Virus record (IMG/VR): IMGVR_UViG_3300032287_003622
Location: 1-64,000 of that record
Source of the DNA: a virus
Strand: one strand, 5' to 3'
DNA length: 64,000 nucleotides
A program made the position numbers and the translations under genes. Every line of letters starts with the position of its first letter. Position 1 is the first letter of the stretch. Positions 49,024 through 56,890 of this stretch are shown here, one piece after another. The notes under the pieces were generated by a model. That model saw only the letters and a list, made by a program, of their open reading frames with translations, had not been told where the DNA came from and did no database searches.

Positions 49024-49764
49024 ATGAAAAAATTATTATTAGCATTGGCCTTGTCCGCTGGCTTTGTTGCCTCGGCTCAAGCTCAACTCACCGGCAATTT
49101 AGGTTTGACCAGCGACTACCGTTTCCGCGGTGTTAGCCAAACCCAAAATGCTCCTGCAGTTCAGGGCGGCATCGACTATGCACACAAGAGTGGCTTCTAC
49201 GTTGGTAACTGGAACAGCTCGGTCTCTAGCCAAGTCTACACCGCAGGTGCAGGTTTAGAAAGTGACTTGTATGCTGGTTACAAGAAAGAAATCTTCAAGG
49301 GCATCAGCATTGACGTTGGTAGCTACAACTATTTCTATCCACGTGCAACCACTTCAGCACGGACTGGTTCAAACTTTGACACCTATGAAGCCTATGTTGG
49401 TTTATCACATGGCGACCATATCAGTGCCAAGTATAGCAGAGTCCTAGGCGATGGCTATTTTGGTACAGCCAATGCTCAAGGCACAACCTACATGCAAGCC
49501 GATGGCAAGTTGCCAGTTCCTGTAATCAAGAACCTAGCAGTTGTAGCTCATTATGGTCGTACCAATGTGGCCAACAGTTCAACCTTGGATTACAATGACA
49601 TCAATGCTGGTATTGTTTACAGTCTACCCAAAGATTTTGATTTAAGTGTCAAGTATTTTACCAATACTGGCACCACAAGAACTTTTGAAACTGCAAACAC
49701 TGTGAGCGGTCAAAAACTCTACAAGAATGCAGTGGTAGTGGGCTTGACAAAAACTTTTAATTAA
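49024..49764 (+). CDS. Outer-membrane beta-barrel, TorF/TIGR02001-like putative porin
   Basis: Signal peptide; SDYRFRGVSQT..PAVQGGIDY; terminal TKTFN. Confidence 0.88.
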   Translation: MKKLLLALALSAGFVASAQAQLTGNLGLTSDYRFRGVSQTQNAPAVQGGIDYAHKSGFYVGNWNSSVSSQVYTAGAGLESDLYAGYKKEIFKGISIDVGSYNYFYPRATTSARTGSNFDTYEAYVGLSHGDHISAKYSRVLGDGYFGTANAQGTTYMQADGKLPVPVIKNLAVVAHYGRTNVANSSTLDYNDINAGIVYSLPKDFDLSVKYFTNTGTTRTFETANTVSGQKLYKNAVVVGLTKTFN

Positions 49765-49779
49765 TTTTAAAAGTAATCC

Positions 49780-49812
49780 AAAAAAAAAAGCTCCTCCGGG
49801 AGCTTTTTTTTT
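49780..49812. terminator. Bidirectional intrinsic terminator
   Basis: A-tract, GCTCC-TCCG-GGAGC hairpin, T-tract. Confidence 0.88.
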
Positions 49813-49824
49813 GGTAAGTAATCC

Positions 49825-51303
49825 ATGTGCGGCATATTACTGGTCAAAAGTCGATCGAACATTCCCTTAGAAAAACATCTGTCAACTTTTGTGAAATTAC
49901 AAAGCCGTGGCCCAGATTTCTGCAGATATCAATACCAAAACAACACGTTCATTGGACATGCTGTGTTACACATAACTGGCTCCGCTGATTATTATCACAC
50001 CCAACACCAAAACTTCTTGGCCTACAACGGTGAGATATACAATTACAAGGAATTTGGTCCCTGGGAGACCGACACCGCTTTTGTTCATCATGCAGTGGAA
50101 CACGACCTTGATCTGCTAAAAGAAGCCTGGGGTCCCTGGGCCTGGGCATGGACAGATGGTGACGTTGTGCGGTATGCCACAGACCCGCAGGGCGAGCGTG
50201 CCCTGTATCAATATCAAGACGATGACATCTTGATAGTGTGTAGCGAAATAGCACCCATACTTGAATATATCAATTCAGCCAAGGCAGATGTTCCATATGT
50301 CAACAAGACTTGGACCATGCTGGACCGCACACCCTGGCAAGGTATCACCAAAATCACTCCTGGCCTATTGTATCTGGACGGACAAGCCACCTACCAGATC
50401 GACAGCATATGGTCTTGGGTGGCCGAACCATTACATCATACACTGGACGAAGCCTATGAAGATTTCGAGTCACGTTGGCGGCAGGTCATCAAGCAGATGA
50501 CTCCAAACTGCCCAGCGGCTTTGACCTATTCTGGTGGCTTGGACAGCTCGGTTATCCTGAGTCACCTGCCCGGACTTGATCTCTATTCGATCAACTGCGT
50601 GGGCAAGGATCCCATAGTAGATCAAATAAATGAATTTTTACATCCCGAAGAACAGGCAAGGTTACACGTGACTGCGCTGTCAGAATCGCAATGGGCTGAT
50701 GAAATGTCGCAAATGATGGCACGGACCTGCATGCCACCCTTGAGCTGGAGTTGGGTAGGGCAGTGGACGGTCACACGTCACTGCCAACAGCGAGTATTGT
50801 TTACCGGAGCTGGAGCCGACGAACTGTTTGGAGGGTATGACGTGTACAGGAATATTGACTACAGCACAACCAGTTGTTCCAGTCCCTACAGCCGGTATAC
50901 AGATCCTGAAACCTGGCAACGGTGTCTGTCAGTGTATGACAATGACCCTGTGCAGGCCACCTTGCTCATGGACTACTGGCATCAGATCGTGGGCTGTGAT
51001 GCACGGGCTGTAGATCTAATCGCGGGTGCATGGGGTATTGAACCCAGGAATCCATTTTTGGCCAAGCCCATCATGCAGTTGGCTTTGAACTTGCCCAGCC
51101 GTTTCAAGGTGACTTCCGAATCCAAACCTTTGATACGCAGGTTATTTTTGCAACGCTGGACCCTTGATCACATATTACCAAAAAAAGGATTCACTGGGCA
51201 TGCCAATGATTCAGCAACTTGGCTGGCAACAGACATCAAGCCATCTGGCGATCGCATGGTTGATTGGCAAAAAATCGTGAGACAATGTTTTTATGCAAGC
51301 TAA
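49825..51303 (+). CDS. Asparagine synthetase B-like glutamine amidotransferase
   Basis: MCGI Ntn start, RGPD, YNGEIYN, SGGLDSS, TGAGADELFGGY, RNPFL. Confidence 0.92.
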   Translation: MCGILLVKSRSNIPLEKHLSTFVKLQSRGPDFCRYQYQNNTFIGHAVLHITGSADYYHTQHQNFLAYNGEIYNYKEFGPWETDTAFVHHAVEHDLDLLKEAWGPWAWAWTDGDVVRYATDPQGERALYQYQDDDILIVCSEIAPILEYINSAKADVPYVNKTWTMLDRTPWQGITKITPGLLYLDGQATYQIDSIWSWVAEPLHHTLDEAYEDFESRWRQVIKQMTPNCPAALTYSGGLDSSVILSHLPGLDLYSINCVGKDPIVDQINEFLHPEEQARLHVTALSESQWADEMSQMMARTCMPPLSWSWVGQWTVTRHCQQRVLFTGAGADELFGGYDVYRNIDYSTTSCSSPYSRYTDPETWQRCLSVYDNDPVQATLLMDYWHQIVGCDARAVDLIAGAWGIEPRNPFLAKPIMQLALNLPSRFKVTSESKPLIRRLFLQRWTLDHILPKKGFTGHANDSATWLATDIKPSGDRMVDWQKIVRQCFYAS

Positions 51304-51862
51304 CAAGATTGACCAACCTTGGACACACTGGATAGCCGATGACTTCCTGACTCCATCCTGTTTGGCTGAAGTCAAAGGCATACAGCATACAGTGACTCAG
51401 ACCATTCCCGGCAAGCGCCGTGACAGCCAACGATTGTTTGTGGACCATGATGTGGCTGATCAGTATCCAGAGTTGTATGCCCTGTATCTGAGTTTGCATT
51501 CGGGCACCTATAGAGATTTTTTTGAAAGACACACAGGGATCAGCTATCAAGGCCTGCATCCCAGAATAGAAGTCATCAGTGATTGGGGAGATTTTTATCT
51601 AGAACCACACTATGACCTACCAGAAAAACGACTCACGGCTTTGGTCTACACCGACCATGAGATTCTGTATCCAGGCACTGGTCTGGGCGACGGCACACGG
51701 ATTGAAAGCCGAGACAATCGCTGTTTCTTTTTTGTGCCAGGGCCACACAGTCTTCATGATTATCCACTGACTCATTTTGATCGTGTGCGCAGATGTCTAC
51801 AGATCAACTATTGGACTTATAATCTGCCCAAGGACGCAAAATATCAAACCACTCTGGTGTAA
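51293..51862 (+). CDS. 2OG-Fe(II) oxygenase
   Basis: PHYD (HxD), distal His in SLHD, RRCLQINYW. Confidence 0.8.
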   Translation: MQANKIDQPWTHWIADDFLTPSCLAEVKGIQHTVTQTIPGKRRDSQRLFVDHDVADQYPELYALYLSLHSGTYRDFFERHTGISYQGLHPRIEVISDWGDFYLEPHYDLPEKRLTALVYTDHEILYPGTGLGDGTRIESRDNRCFFFVPGPHSLHDYPLTHFDRVRRCLQINYWTYNLPKDAKYQTTLV

Positions 51863-52508
51863 AAACACAAGCTGGATGTTGTTGTAGCCAACCCTGCATG
51901 GCGTCAACACACCAAGGCTCGCCGGGAGTCACTGCAGAAGTCTTGGCACTGTTGTATTCATACCAAAATATGCCATAGGGTGCAGAAGGATCTGTCAGAG
52001 TGAACAAGAACTGTTGGCCAACCACGGCACCACACAAGGTAGCAAACTGATCAAACGAAGTTACTGGCACTAGATGATCAAATCTATTCTTGTGCTGACA
52101 GCCAGTGCTGACAAAGGCTCGCACTGTTTGTATGGCAGGTATGCGTTCAAGAGCACGCAGGCGACTTTCACCATTGTTGATTCCATACTGATCCTGGCCA
52201 TCATAGAACAACATCATAGGTTTGACAATTCCTTGTGTTTGTATGTCAGCGATCCACATGTTGAGTTTGACTATGTTGGCAATGTCATAATGATTGGCGG
52301 TGTTTGCTATGAAACCTTGATGTCCATGAGTCTTTATTTGTCGATTGGCCCAGTCGCAGATGTCCTGCAAGGTCTGTTGATATCGTATCTGATCAACTGG
52401 CACCTCTGGATCGTAATATAGACAGTGGGCTCCATCGTGCAAGCTCTGCACTATGGGATCCTGATCCGTGGGCCAAAGGCATTCTATCCTGGGATTATTC
52501 CAATACAT
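51804..52508 (-). CDS. Hypothetical protein with a ParB/Srx-like motif
   Basis: GIVKPMML..NNGESRLRAL. Confidence 0.6.
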   Translation of the reverse strand: MYWNNPRIECLWPTDQDPIVQSLHDGAHCLYYDPEVPVDQIRYQQTLQDICDWANRQIKTHGHQGFIANTANHYDIANIVKLNMWIADIQTQGIVKPMMLFYDGQDQYGINNGESRLRALERIPAIQTVRAFVSTGCQHKNRFDHLVPVTSFDQFATLCGAVVGQQFLFTLTDPSAPYGIFWYEYNSAKTSAVTPGEPWCVDAMQGWLQQHPACVFTPEWFDILRPWADYKSNS

Positions 52509-52524
52509 ATAAGTAGTTATTCAC

Positions 52525-53502
52525 ATGACAGCTTCCAAAGAAAAAACACACACCGATGGCATTTGGATTTCTGAGCAAAGAGAGATTGCTATAATCGATC
52601 AATTCTGTAAAGTTATTTTGGCCAAGGGTTTTGTTCCTATACGTCAAAATGCCAATAATTTTGGACGTCCTTATCTGTATTCACAAGGCAAGACCTTCCT
52701 GCATTGTAGATTTGTAGACAGTGTGTTCCTGGAAGATCCAGAGGCCTGGCACCGTCCCAGACCCAGTATTATTATCACCGACAATATTCCTACAAAACCT
52801 ATGTCATCTGACTTGATTTTGGCATTGCCAGAATTTTGGCACATTTGGCATTTTGATCCGGTGTTTGAAGATCGTCCAGCCACCTGGAGCTATAATTGTT
52901 TTATGAATCGTTGCCGTGGTGATCGTTCACGCACATTTTATGAACTGATCCGCAGAGATATCCTGCAACATGGACTGGTCAGTTACAATGTAGACAATGA
53001 ATTATATCAACAACAACACATTTCAGCGGATCTACACAACTACGAAAAAGAATATCAAATAGGTCAAACTCTGATACCTTACAACAACCTAAAGGGATCA
53101 CTGGAACAGTGTGTGATTGATTCGGCGGTGAGCTTGATTTTAGAAACTTATACCAGCGACGATCACATAGTGTTCAGTGAAAAATTGTTCAGATGTCTGC
53201 AATTGCCAAGACCCTGGTTGTTGTATTGCGGTCCCGGTGCCGTTGAACAACTCAGAGTTTATGGATTTGATGTGTTGGACAATTATGTAGATCACAGTTA
53301 TGATCGTGTTAAACCTCACGGACATAGACTAAATGCAATAATCAATCACTTAGAAACTTTTATAAACAAAAAATATACCGAGAGTGATTATGATAGGTTT
53401 CGTAGGGCCGCTCAGCATAATCGATCTCAATTAAAAAAATTTGCATCAGCATGGCCAGCGAAATTTCAAAACATTTTAGATAAATTAAATCAATATGCTT
53501 GA
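52525..53502 (+). CDS. Glycosyltransferase-like hypothetical protein
   Basis: YNCFMNR, LILET, FSEKLFR, GFDVLDNYVDHSYD. Confidence 0.6.
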   Translation: MTASKEKTHTDGIWISEQREIAIIDQFCKVILAKGFVPIRQNANNFGRPYLYSQGKTFLHCRFVDSVFLEDPEAWHRPRPSIIITDNIPTKPMSSDLILALPEFWHIWHFDPVFEDRPATWSYNCFMNRCRGDRSRTFYELIRRDILQHGLVSYNVDNELYQQQHISADLHNYEKEYQIGQTLIPYNNLKGSLEQCVIDSAVSLILETYTSDDHIVFSEKLFRCLQLPRPWLLYCGPGAVEQLRVYGFDVLDNYVDHSYDRVKPHGHRLNAIINHLETFINKKYTESDYDRFRRAAQHNRSQLKKFASAWPAKFQNILDKLNQYA

Positions 53503-54526
53503 AATATTTGGACCTACCTACAAATACCAGGGCGAAATCCTGTCTGAGCCAGAAATCATTTTCATCGAAGATCATCACTATGACGAACAAAATCATTGTT
53601 TCCAGGTGCAACAACTTTTGGAAAACAGTGCTTGTGATCCGCGCCTGCATTTGATAATCGTGGGAGGTCTTGGACACGATGATGTGCTTGATCAATATCG
53701 TTGTGTTAGTTTGCCTTATTTCACAGCCGGAACTTGCGAACAGTTCAATCGCGGAAACATCATACCTGATTGGACACAAAAAACACATTGTTTCAATTTC
53801 ATGATCAACAAACCGCGTCTGCACCGAAGGTTTTTGCTAATGTTGCTACAGCATTTTGAACTAGACAACTATACCTATTGTTTGCCCTGGAAAAATTTAG
53901 ATCTCAATCCCAGGGAACTGATGGGCCGAACATCAAATGCAGAATATCAGTCTATCATTACACAAAATCCAAAATTCAACCGATCTGGGACCAATTATGC
54001 TTTTGGCAATGAGGCCACCTTAGACCAAGGAATAAAAAATGGCAGCTGGAAGAACGCCCAAACCTACAATCAATTTTTGAAATCACAGGTGTTTGAGCCC
54101 AGTTGTGTGAGCCTGATCACTGGCAGTTTGTTTTATGAACGTGAAACCAGGATTTCCGAGACCACACTCATGGCCATGTATGCTGGCACCATACCAATCT
54201 GGGTGGGTGGATGGCGGGCGGCACAAAGGTTGAAAGATCTGGGATTTGATGTGTTTGATGACCTTGTTGATCACAGTTACCAAGACATGCCAGACCCAAT
54301 GGATAGATGTTACTTTGCCATAAAAAACAATTTGAAAATCTTGCAGGATTTCGAAGGCACCAAAAAATTTGTGGATCAAAATCATGCAAGACTACAAAAG
54401 AATTTGGATTTGTGCAAGAACAACGTTTTTTTAAAACACATAGGAGATCAAGTATCAAAATTGCCTGGCAATCTACAACCCATTGTAAAAACCTTTGTAA
54501 ATCAACAAGTAATGGGGTTGACCTAG
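53495..54526 (+). CDS. Glycosyltransferase-like hypothetical protein (paralog)
   Basis: FNFMINKPRLHR, GFDVFDDLVDHSYQ. Confidence 0.6.
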   Translation: MLEIFGPTYKYQGEILSEPEIIFIEDHHYDEQNHCFQVQQLLENSACDPRLHLIIVGGLGHDDVLDQYRCVSLPYFTAGTCEQFNRGNIIPDWTQKTHCFNFMINKPRLHRRFLLMLLQHFELDNYTYCLPWKNLDLNPRELMGRTSNAEYQSIITQNPKFNRSGTNYAFGNEATLDQGIKNGSWKNAQTYNQFLKSQVFEPSCVSLITGSLFYERETRISETTLMAMYAGTIPIWVGGWRAAQRLKDLGFDVFDDLVDHSYQDMPDPMDRCYFAIKNNLKILQDFEGTKKFVDQNHARLQKNLDLCKNNVFLKHIGDQVSKLPGNLQPIVKTFVNQQVMGLT

Positions 54527-54546
54527 TATAAATAATTGTATATAAT
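54518..54546 (+). promoter_or_regulatory. Dual promoter: sigma70 with an embedded T4-type late box
   Basis: TTGACC-17-TATAAT; TATAAATA at 54527-54534. Confidence 0.8.
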
Positions 54547-54555
54547 AACACTATT

Positions 54556-54657
54556 ATGTTGAATCACAAATTATCCTATCTTGTGCCACAACCCAATTTT
54601 GAAGGGAGTGCCGTGCTATGGGCGATTTGTGAAGATGGGATTCGAGGTAACGAATAG
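54556..54657 (+). CDS. Putative attenuator leader peptide MLNHKLSYLVPQPNFEGSAVLWAICEDGIRGNE
   Basis: 33 codons, near-leaderless start, 19 of 20 amino acids; 3' end overlaps the antiterminator strand. Confidence 0.7.
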   Translation: MLNHKLSYLVPQPNFEGSAVLWAICEDGIRGNE

Positions 54658-54720
54658 TATAACACACTATACAAAAATATTCGAAACCTCGGAACTATAA
54701 ACTCCGAGGTTTTTTATTTT
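54641..54720 (+). terminator. Mutually exclusive antiterminator / intrinsic terminator (attenuator)
   Basis: Antiterminator pairs 54641-54661 with 54668-54693; terminator AAACCTCGGA/TCCGAGGTTT plus T-tract shares 54686-54693. Confidence 0.85.
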
Positions 54721-54735
54721 AGAGAAAGGAATGTG

Positions 54736-54909
54736 ATGTCGATTGATTATACAAAATTAAACGATCAAGTTGTTAAACAGGCCTATGATGCCAGCAGTGC
54801 TTTTTTGACTGAAGCACAACGGCAGAGACTGTTTCAGAACAAGATCGATCGTGCGGCCGCAATGATACGGGCGCAGGAACAGTTTCGTCAGTTAGAGCAA
54901 GAACAGTGA
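54736..54909 (+). CDS. Small helical hypothetical protein (57 aa; not in the ORF track)
   Basis: SD AAAGGA; MSIDYTKLNDQVVKQAY...QFRQLEQEQ. Confidence 0.65.
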   Translation: MSIDYTKLNDQVVKQAYDASSAFLTEAQRQRLFQNKIDRAAAMIRAQEQFRQLEQEQ

Positions 54910-54915
54910 AACAAT

Positions 54916-54989
54916 CGCGGGTTGTGATAGTCATACTCTGGTCTCATAAGCCAAGATGGAATAGGGAGCGTTACCCTAGCCCGCAACCA
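54916..54989 (+). tRNA. Degenerate initiator-like tRNA (CAU)
   Basis: CGCGGGU/GCCCGCA-ACCA with C1xA72; CUCAUAA loop; shrunken D-arm; T-loop AGCGUUA. Confidence 0.7.
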
Positions 54990-54995
54990 TGTCAC

Positions 54996-55073
54996 AGTGA
55001 GGTGGCCGAGTGGTCCAAGGCAAGTGCCTGCAAAGCATTCAAGTCGTGAGTTCGAATCTCACCCTCACTTCCA
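54996..55073 (+). tRNA. tRNA-Cys (GCA)
   Basis: AGUGAGG/CCUCACU, U73, CCA; CUGCAAA loop; UUCGAAU T-loop. Confidence 0.93.
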
Positions 55074-55075
55074 AG

Positions 55076-55152
55076 TCCGGAGTAGTTCCAATTGGCAGAA
55101 CAGCGGTCTCCAAATCCGCGTGTTGGCGGTTCGAATCCGTCCTCCGGTGCCA
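55076..55152 (+). tRNA. tRNA-Trp (CCA)
   Basis: CUCCAAA loop, G73, CCA end, UUCGAAU T-loop. Confidence 0.9.
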
Positions 55153-55180
55153 ATTTATTTAGAAAAGAAAGGAGGCACGT

Positions 55181-55771
55181 ATGCCAGCAGTATTTTTAGT
55201 CAGCGACACACACTTTGGCCACGCAGGTGTATGTCGCTTTAAGCGCAACGATGGTGTTACAAAATTGCGGCCTTGGGACACAGCCGAGGAAATGGATGAG
55301 TTCATGGTTGCAGCATGGAACGAGCGTGTAAGGCCAAACGACAAAGTTTATCACTTGGGTGATGTTGTTATGAGCCGTAAAAGTCTTGCTATCATGCGCA
55401 GGCTCAACGGTGACAAGGTTCTTATCCGTGGCAATCATGATATCTTCAAGGACACTGACTATCGTGAACACTTCCGTGAACTGCGTGCTTATCATGTGAT
55501 GAATGGCATGATACTCAGTCATATCCCTATCCACTCAGAAAGTCTGGGTCGGTTTGGCACGAATATTCATGGTCACTTGCACGCCAACCGGGTGATGTTG
55601 CCCGGATTCAATGGCAAGGTCACTGACATTGTTGATGTTCGTTACCACTGTGTTTGTGTGGAACAAACCGACTTTGCTCCTATCCTGTTTGAAGATGTGA
55701 TCAAGAGGATTGAAGCAGAAGGTGGCCAAATCGGTTTTCAAAACGGCAATGGCACTACGCAAGCCATGTAA
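55181..55771 (+). CDS. Calcineurin-like metallophosphoesterase
   Basis: SDTHFGH, HLGD, GNHD, LSH, HGHLH. Confidence 0.92.
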   Translation: MPAVFLVSDTHFGHAGVCRFKRNDGVTKLRPWDTAEEMDEFMVAAWNERVRPNDKVYHLGDVVMSRKSLAIMRRLNGDKVLIRGNHDIFKDTDYREHFRELRAYHVMNGMILSHIPIHSESLGRFGTNIHGHLHANRVMLPGFNGKVTDIVDVRYHCVCVEQTDFAPILFEDVIKRIEAEGGQIGFQNGNGTTQAM

Positions 55772-55776
55772 GGACG

Positions 55777-55854
55777 ACCCCTGTAGACAAATTGGTAAAG
55801 TCACCTGTTTAAGGAACAGGAGCATTGTAGGTTCAAATCCTACCAGGGGCACCA
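55777..55854 (+). tRNA. tRNA-Leu (AAG) with a short variable loop
   Basis: CCUGU-UUAAGGA-ACAGG; A1xC72; UUCAAAU T-loop; ACCA end. Confidence 0.82.
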
Positions 55855-55883
55855 TTGACATCCAGTGAGTTTTATAGTATAAT
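55855..55883 (+). promoter_or_regulatory. Sigma70 consensus promoter
   Basis: TTGACA-17-TATAAT. Confidence 0.85.
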
Positions 55884-55905
55884 TAACATTTTACAAGGAG
55901 AGGTT

Positions 55906-56127
55906 ATGAGTGTTAGAATTGAAAGTCGTAGCACCGAAATTGACACCGAACGCTGTGTGCGCAATGCCGGCGGTCGCTATGATCTAGTTGTGGCAGCAGC
56001 TCAACGCCTGAGAGAAATGAAACGTCGTGCCCGTGAAACCAACACTCATGTGACCACCATTGATGCACTCAAAGAAGTTGAATCTGGCACTTTTAATATG
56101 ACAGACTATTTGATAAAGATAAAATAA
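55906..56127 (+). CDS. rpoZ: RNA polymerase omega subunit-like protein
   Basis: CVRNAGGRYDLVVAAAQRLRE..ALKEVESG; SD AAGGAG. Confidence 0.72.
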   Translation: MSVRIESRSTEIDTERCVRNAGGRYDLVVAAAQRLREMKRRARETNTHVTTIDALKEVESGTFNMTDYLIKIK

Positions 56128-56283
56128 ATGAAAAAGCAATCAGCAGGTGAACTCAGTAGAACCATTGCAGGACAATGGTCAAAAAGTGAAAAGCGGTCGG
56201 CTGCATCTCGCAGTATCACAGCTGCCAACAAGCGAATACATCAGATTCTCAAAACATTTGCTCAAAAACAAAGAATGCAGTAA
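56128..56283 (+). CDS. Small basic hypothetical protein (51 aa)
   Basis: MKKQSAGELSRTIAGQW..., directly after the upstream stop. Confidence 0.55.
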   Translation: MKKQSAGELSRTIAGQWSKSEKRSAASRSITAANKRIHQILKTFAQKQRMQ

Positions 56284-56292
56284 CAGTGGTAT

Positions 56293-56367
56293 GCACCGTT
56301 CGTCTATCGGTTAGGACACCCGCCTTTCACGCAGGTAAGAGCGGTTCGATTCCGCTACGGTGTACCA
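56293..56367 (+). tRNA. tRNA-Glu (UUC)
   Basis: GCACCGU/ACGGUGU-ACCA; CUUUCAC loop. Confidence 0.92.
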
Positions 56368-56424
56368 AATATTTTGTAGAGCAGTCACGCAAAATAAGTA
56401 AACATATCAATTAGGATCACAAAC

Positions 56425-56640
56425 ATGGCAAAAAAACTACAGCGCAAAAAACCTGGCTACACCCGTGCCGGCGAAGTCAAGATCATCAGTCTCAGCGTGC
56501 GACAGCTCACTGAGTTAAAAGCAAAAACACAGGCCACAAAAAAACAGGTCAAGATACAGCGCAGGATTGACTTGCTGAAACGTCGTCCCGGATATCGCGA
56601 GCCAGTGGTTGAGGCAACACCCGACGCCCTCGTCGCATAG
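56425..56640 (+). CDS. Small basic hypothetical protein
   Basis: K/R-rich 71 aa; last 15 nt overlap the tRNA. Confidence 0.6.
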   Translation: MAKKLQRKKPGYTRAGEVKIISLSVRQLTELKAKTQATKKQVKIQRRIDLLKRRPGYREPVVEATPDALVA

Positions 56641-56709
56641 TGGGATTGCAACGGATTTGTAATCCGTCGAGGAAACTCAAAGGGTGTTCGATTCACCCCG
56701 GGGGCACCA
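56626..56709 (+). tRNA. tRNA-Thr (UGU) with an atypical long variable arm
   Basis: GCCCUCG/CGGGGGC-ACCA; ACGGA-UUUGUAA-UCCGU; GAG-GAAA-CUC arm. Confidence 0.85.
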
Positions 56710-56725
56710 CACAAAGGAGAATTTA

Positions 56726-56890
56726 ATGAGTAAAATGAGCGATCTACTTAAGAAGGCCTTGGACAAGAAGCGAGGTATCCATCACATTGAAAATGAAGAT
56801 GCACCAGTGGTGGAAAAGAAAACCGCCAAACAGCGAGCACCCGTGATAGGCAAAAAACCACCTACCAGATCGGCCGGTCGAGGCCGATAA
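56726..56890 (+). CDS. Small basic hypothetical protein
   Basis: SD AAGGAG; ends RSAGRGR. Confidence 0.6.
   Translation: MSKMSDLLKKALDKKRGIHHIENEDAPVVEKKTAKQRAPVIGKKPPTRSAGRGR

Noticed and set aside
49825-51303. AsnB-like enzyme as a substitute for QueC (CDG amidation)
   Set aside because: It has AsnB motifs, lacks the QueC C-terminal Zn cysteines, and lies among oxygenase and GT-like genes far from the que genes; there is no positive support.
54553-54720. T-box riboswitch reading of the tRNA-operon leader
   Set aside because: No UGGNACC T-box bulge or Stem I motifs are visible; an ORF overlapping the antiterminator fits ribosome-mediated attenuation better.
54997-55242. 81-aa ORF from the track
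   Set aside because: It overlaps tRNA-Cys and tRNA-Trp and is spurious.
56626-56709. Reading this tRNA as tRNA-Tyr(GUA)
   Set aside because: The 5-bp stem ACGGA/UCCGU places UGU at positions 34-36, and the acceptor has Thr determinants.
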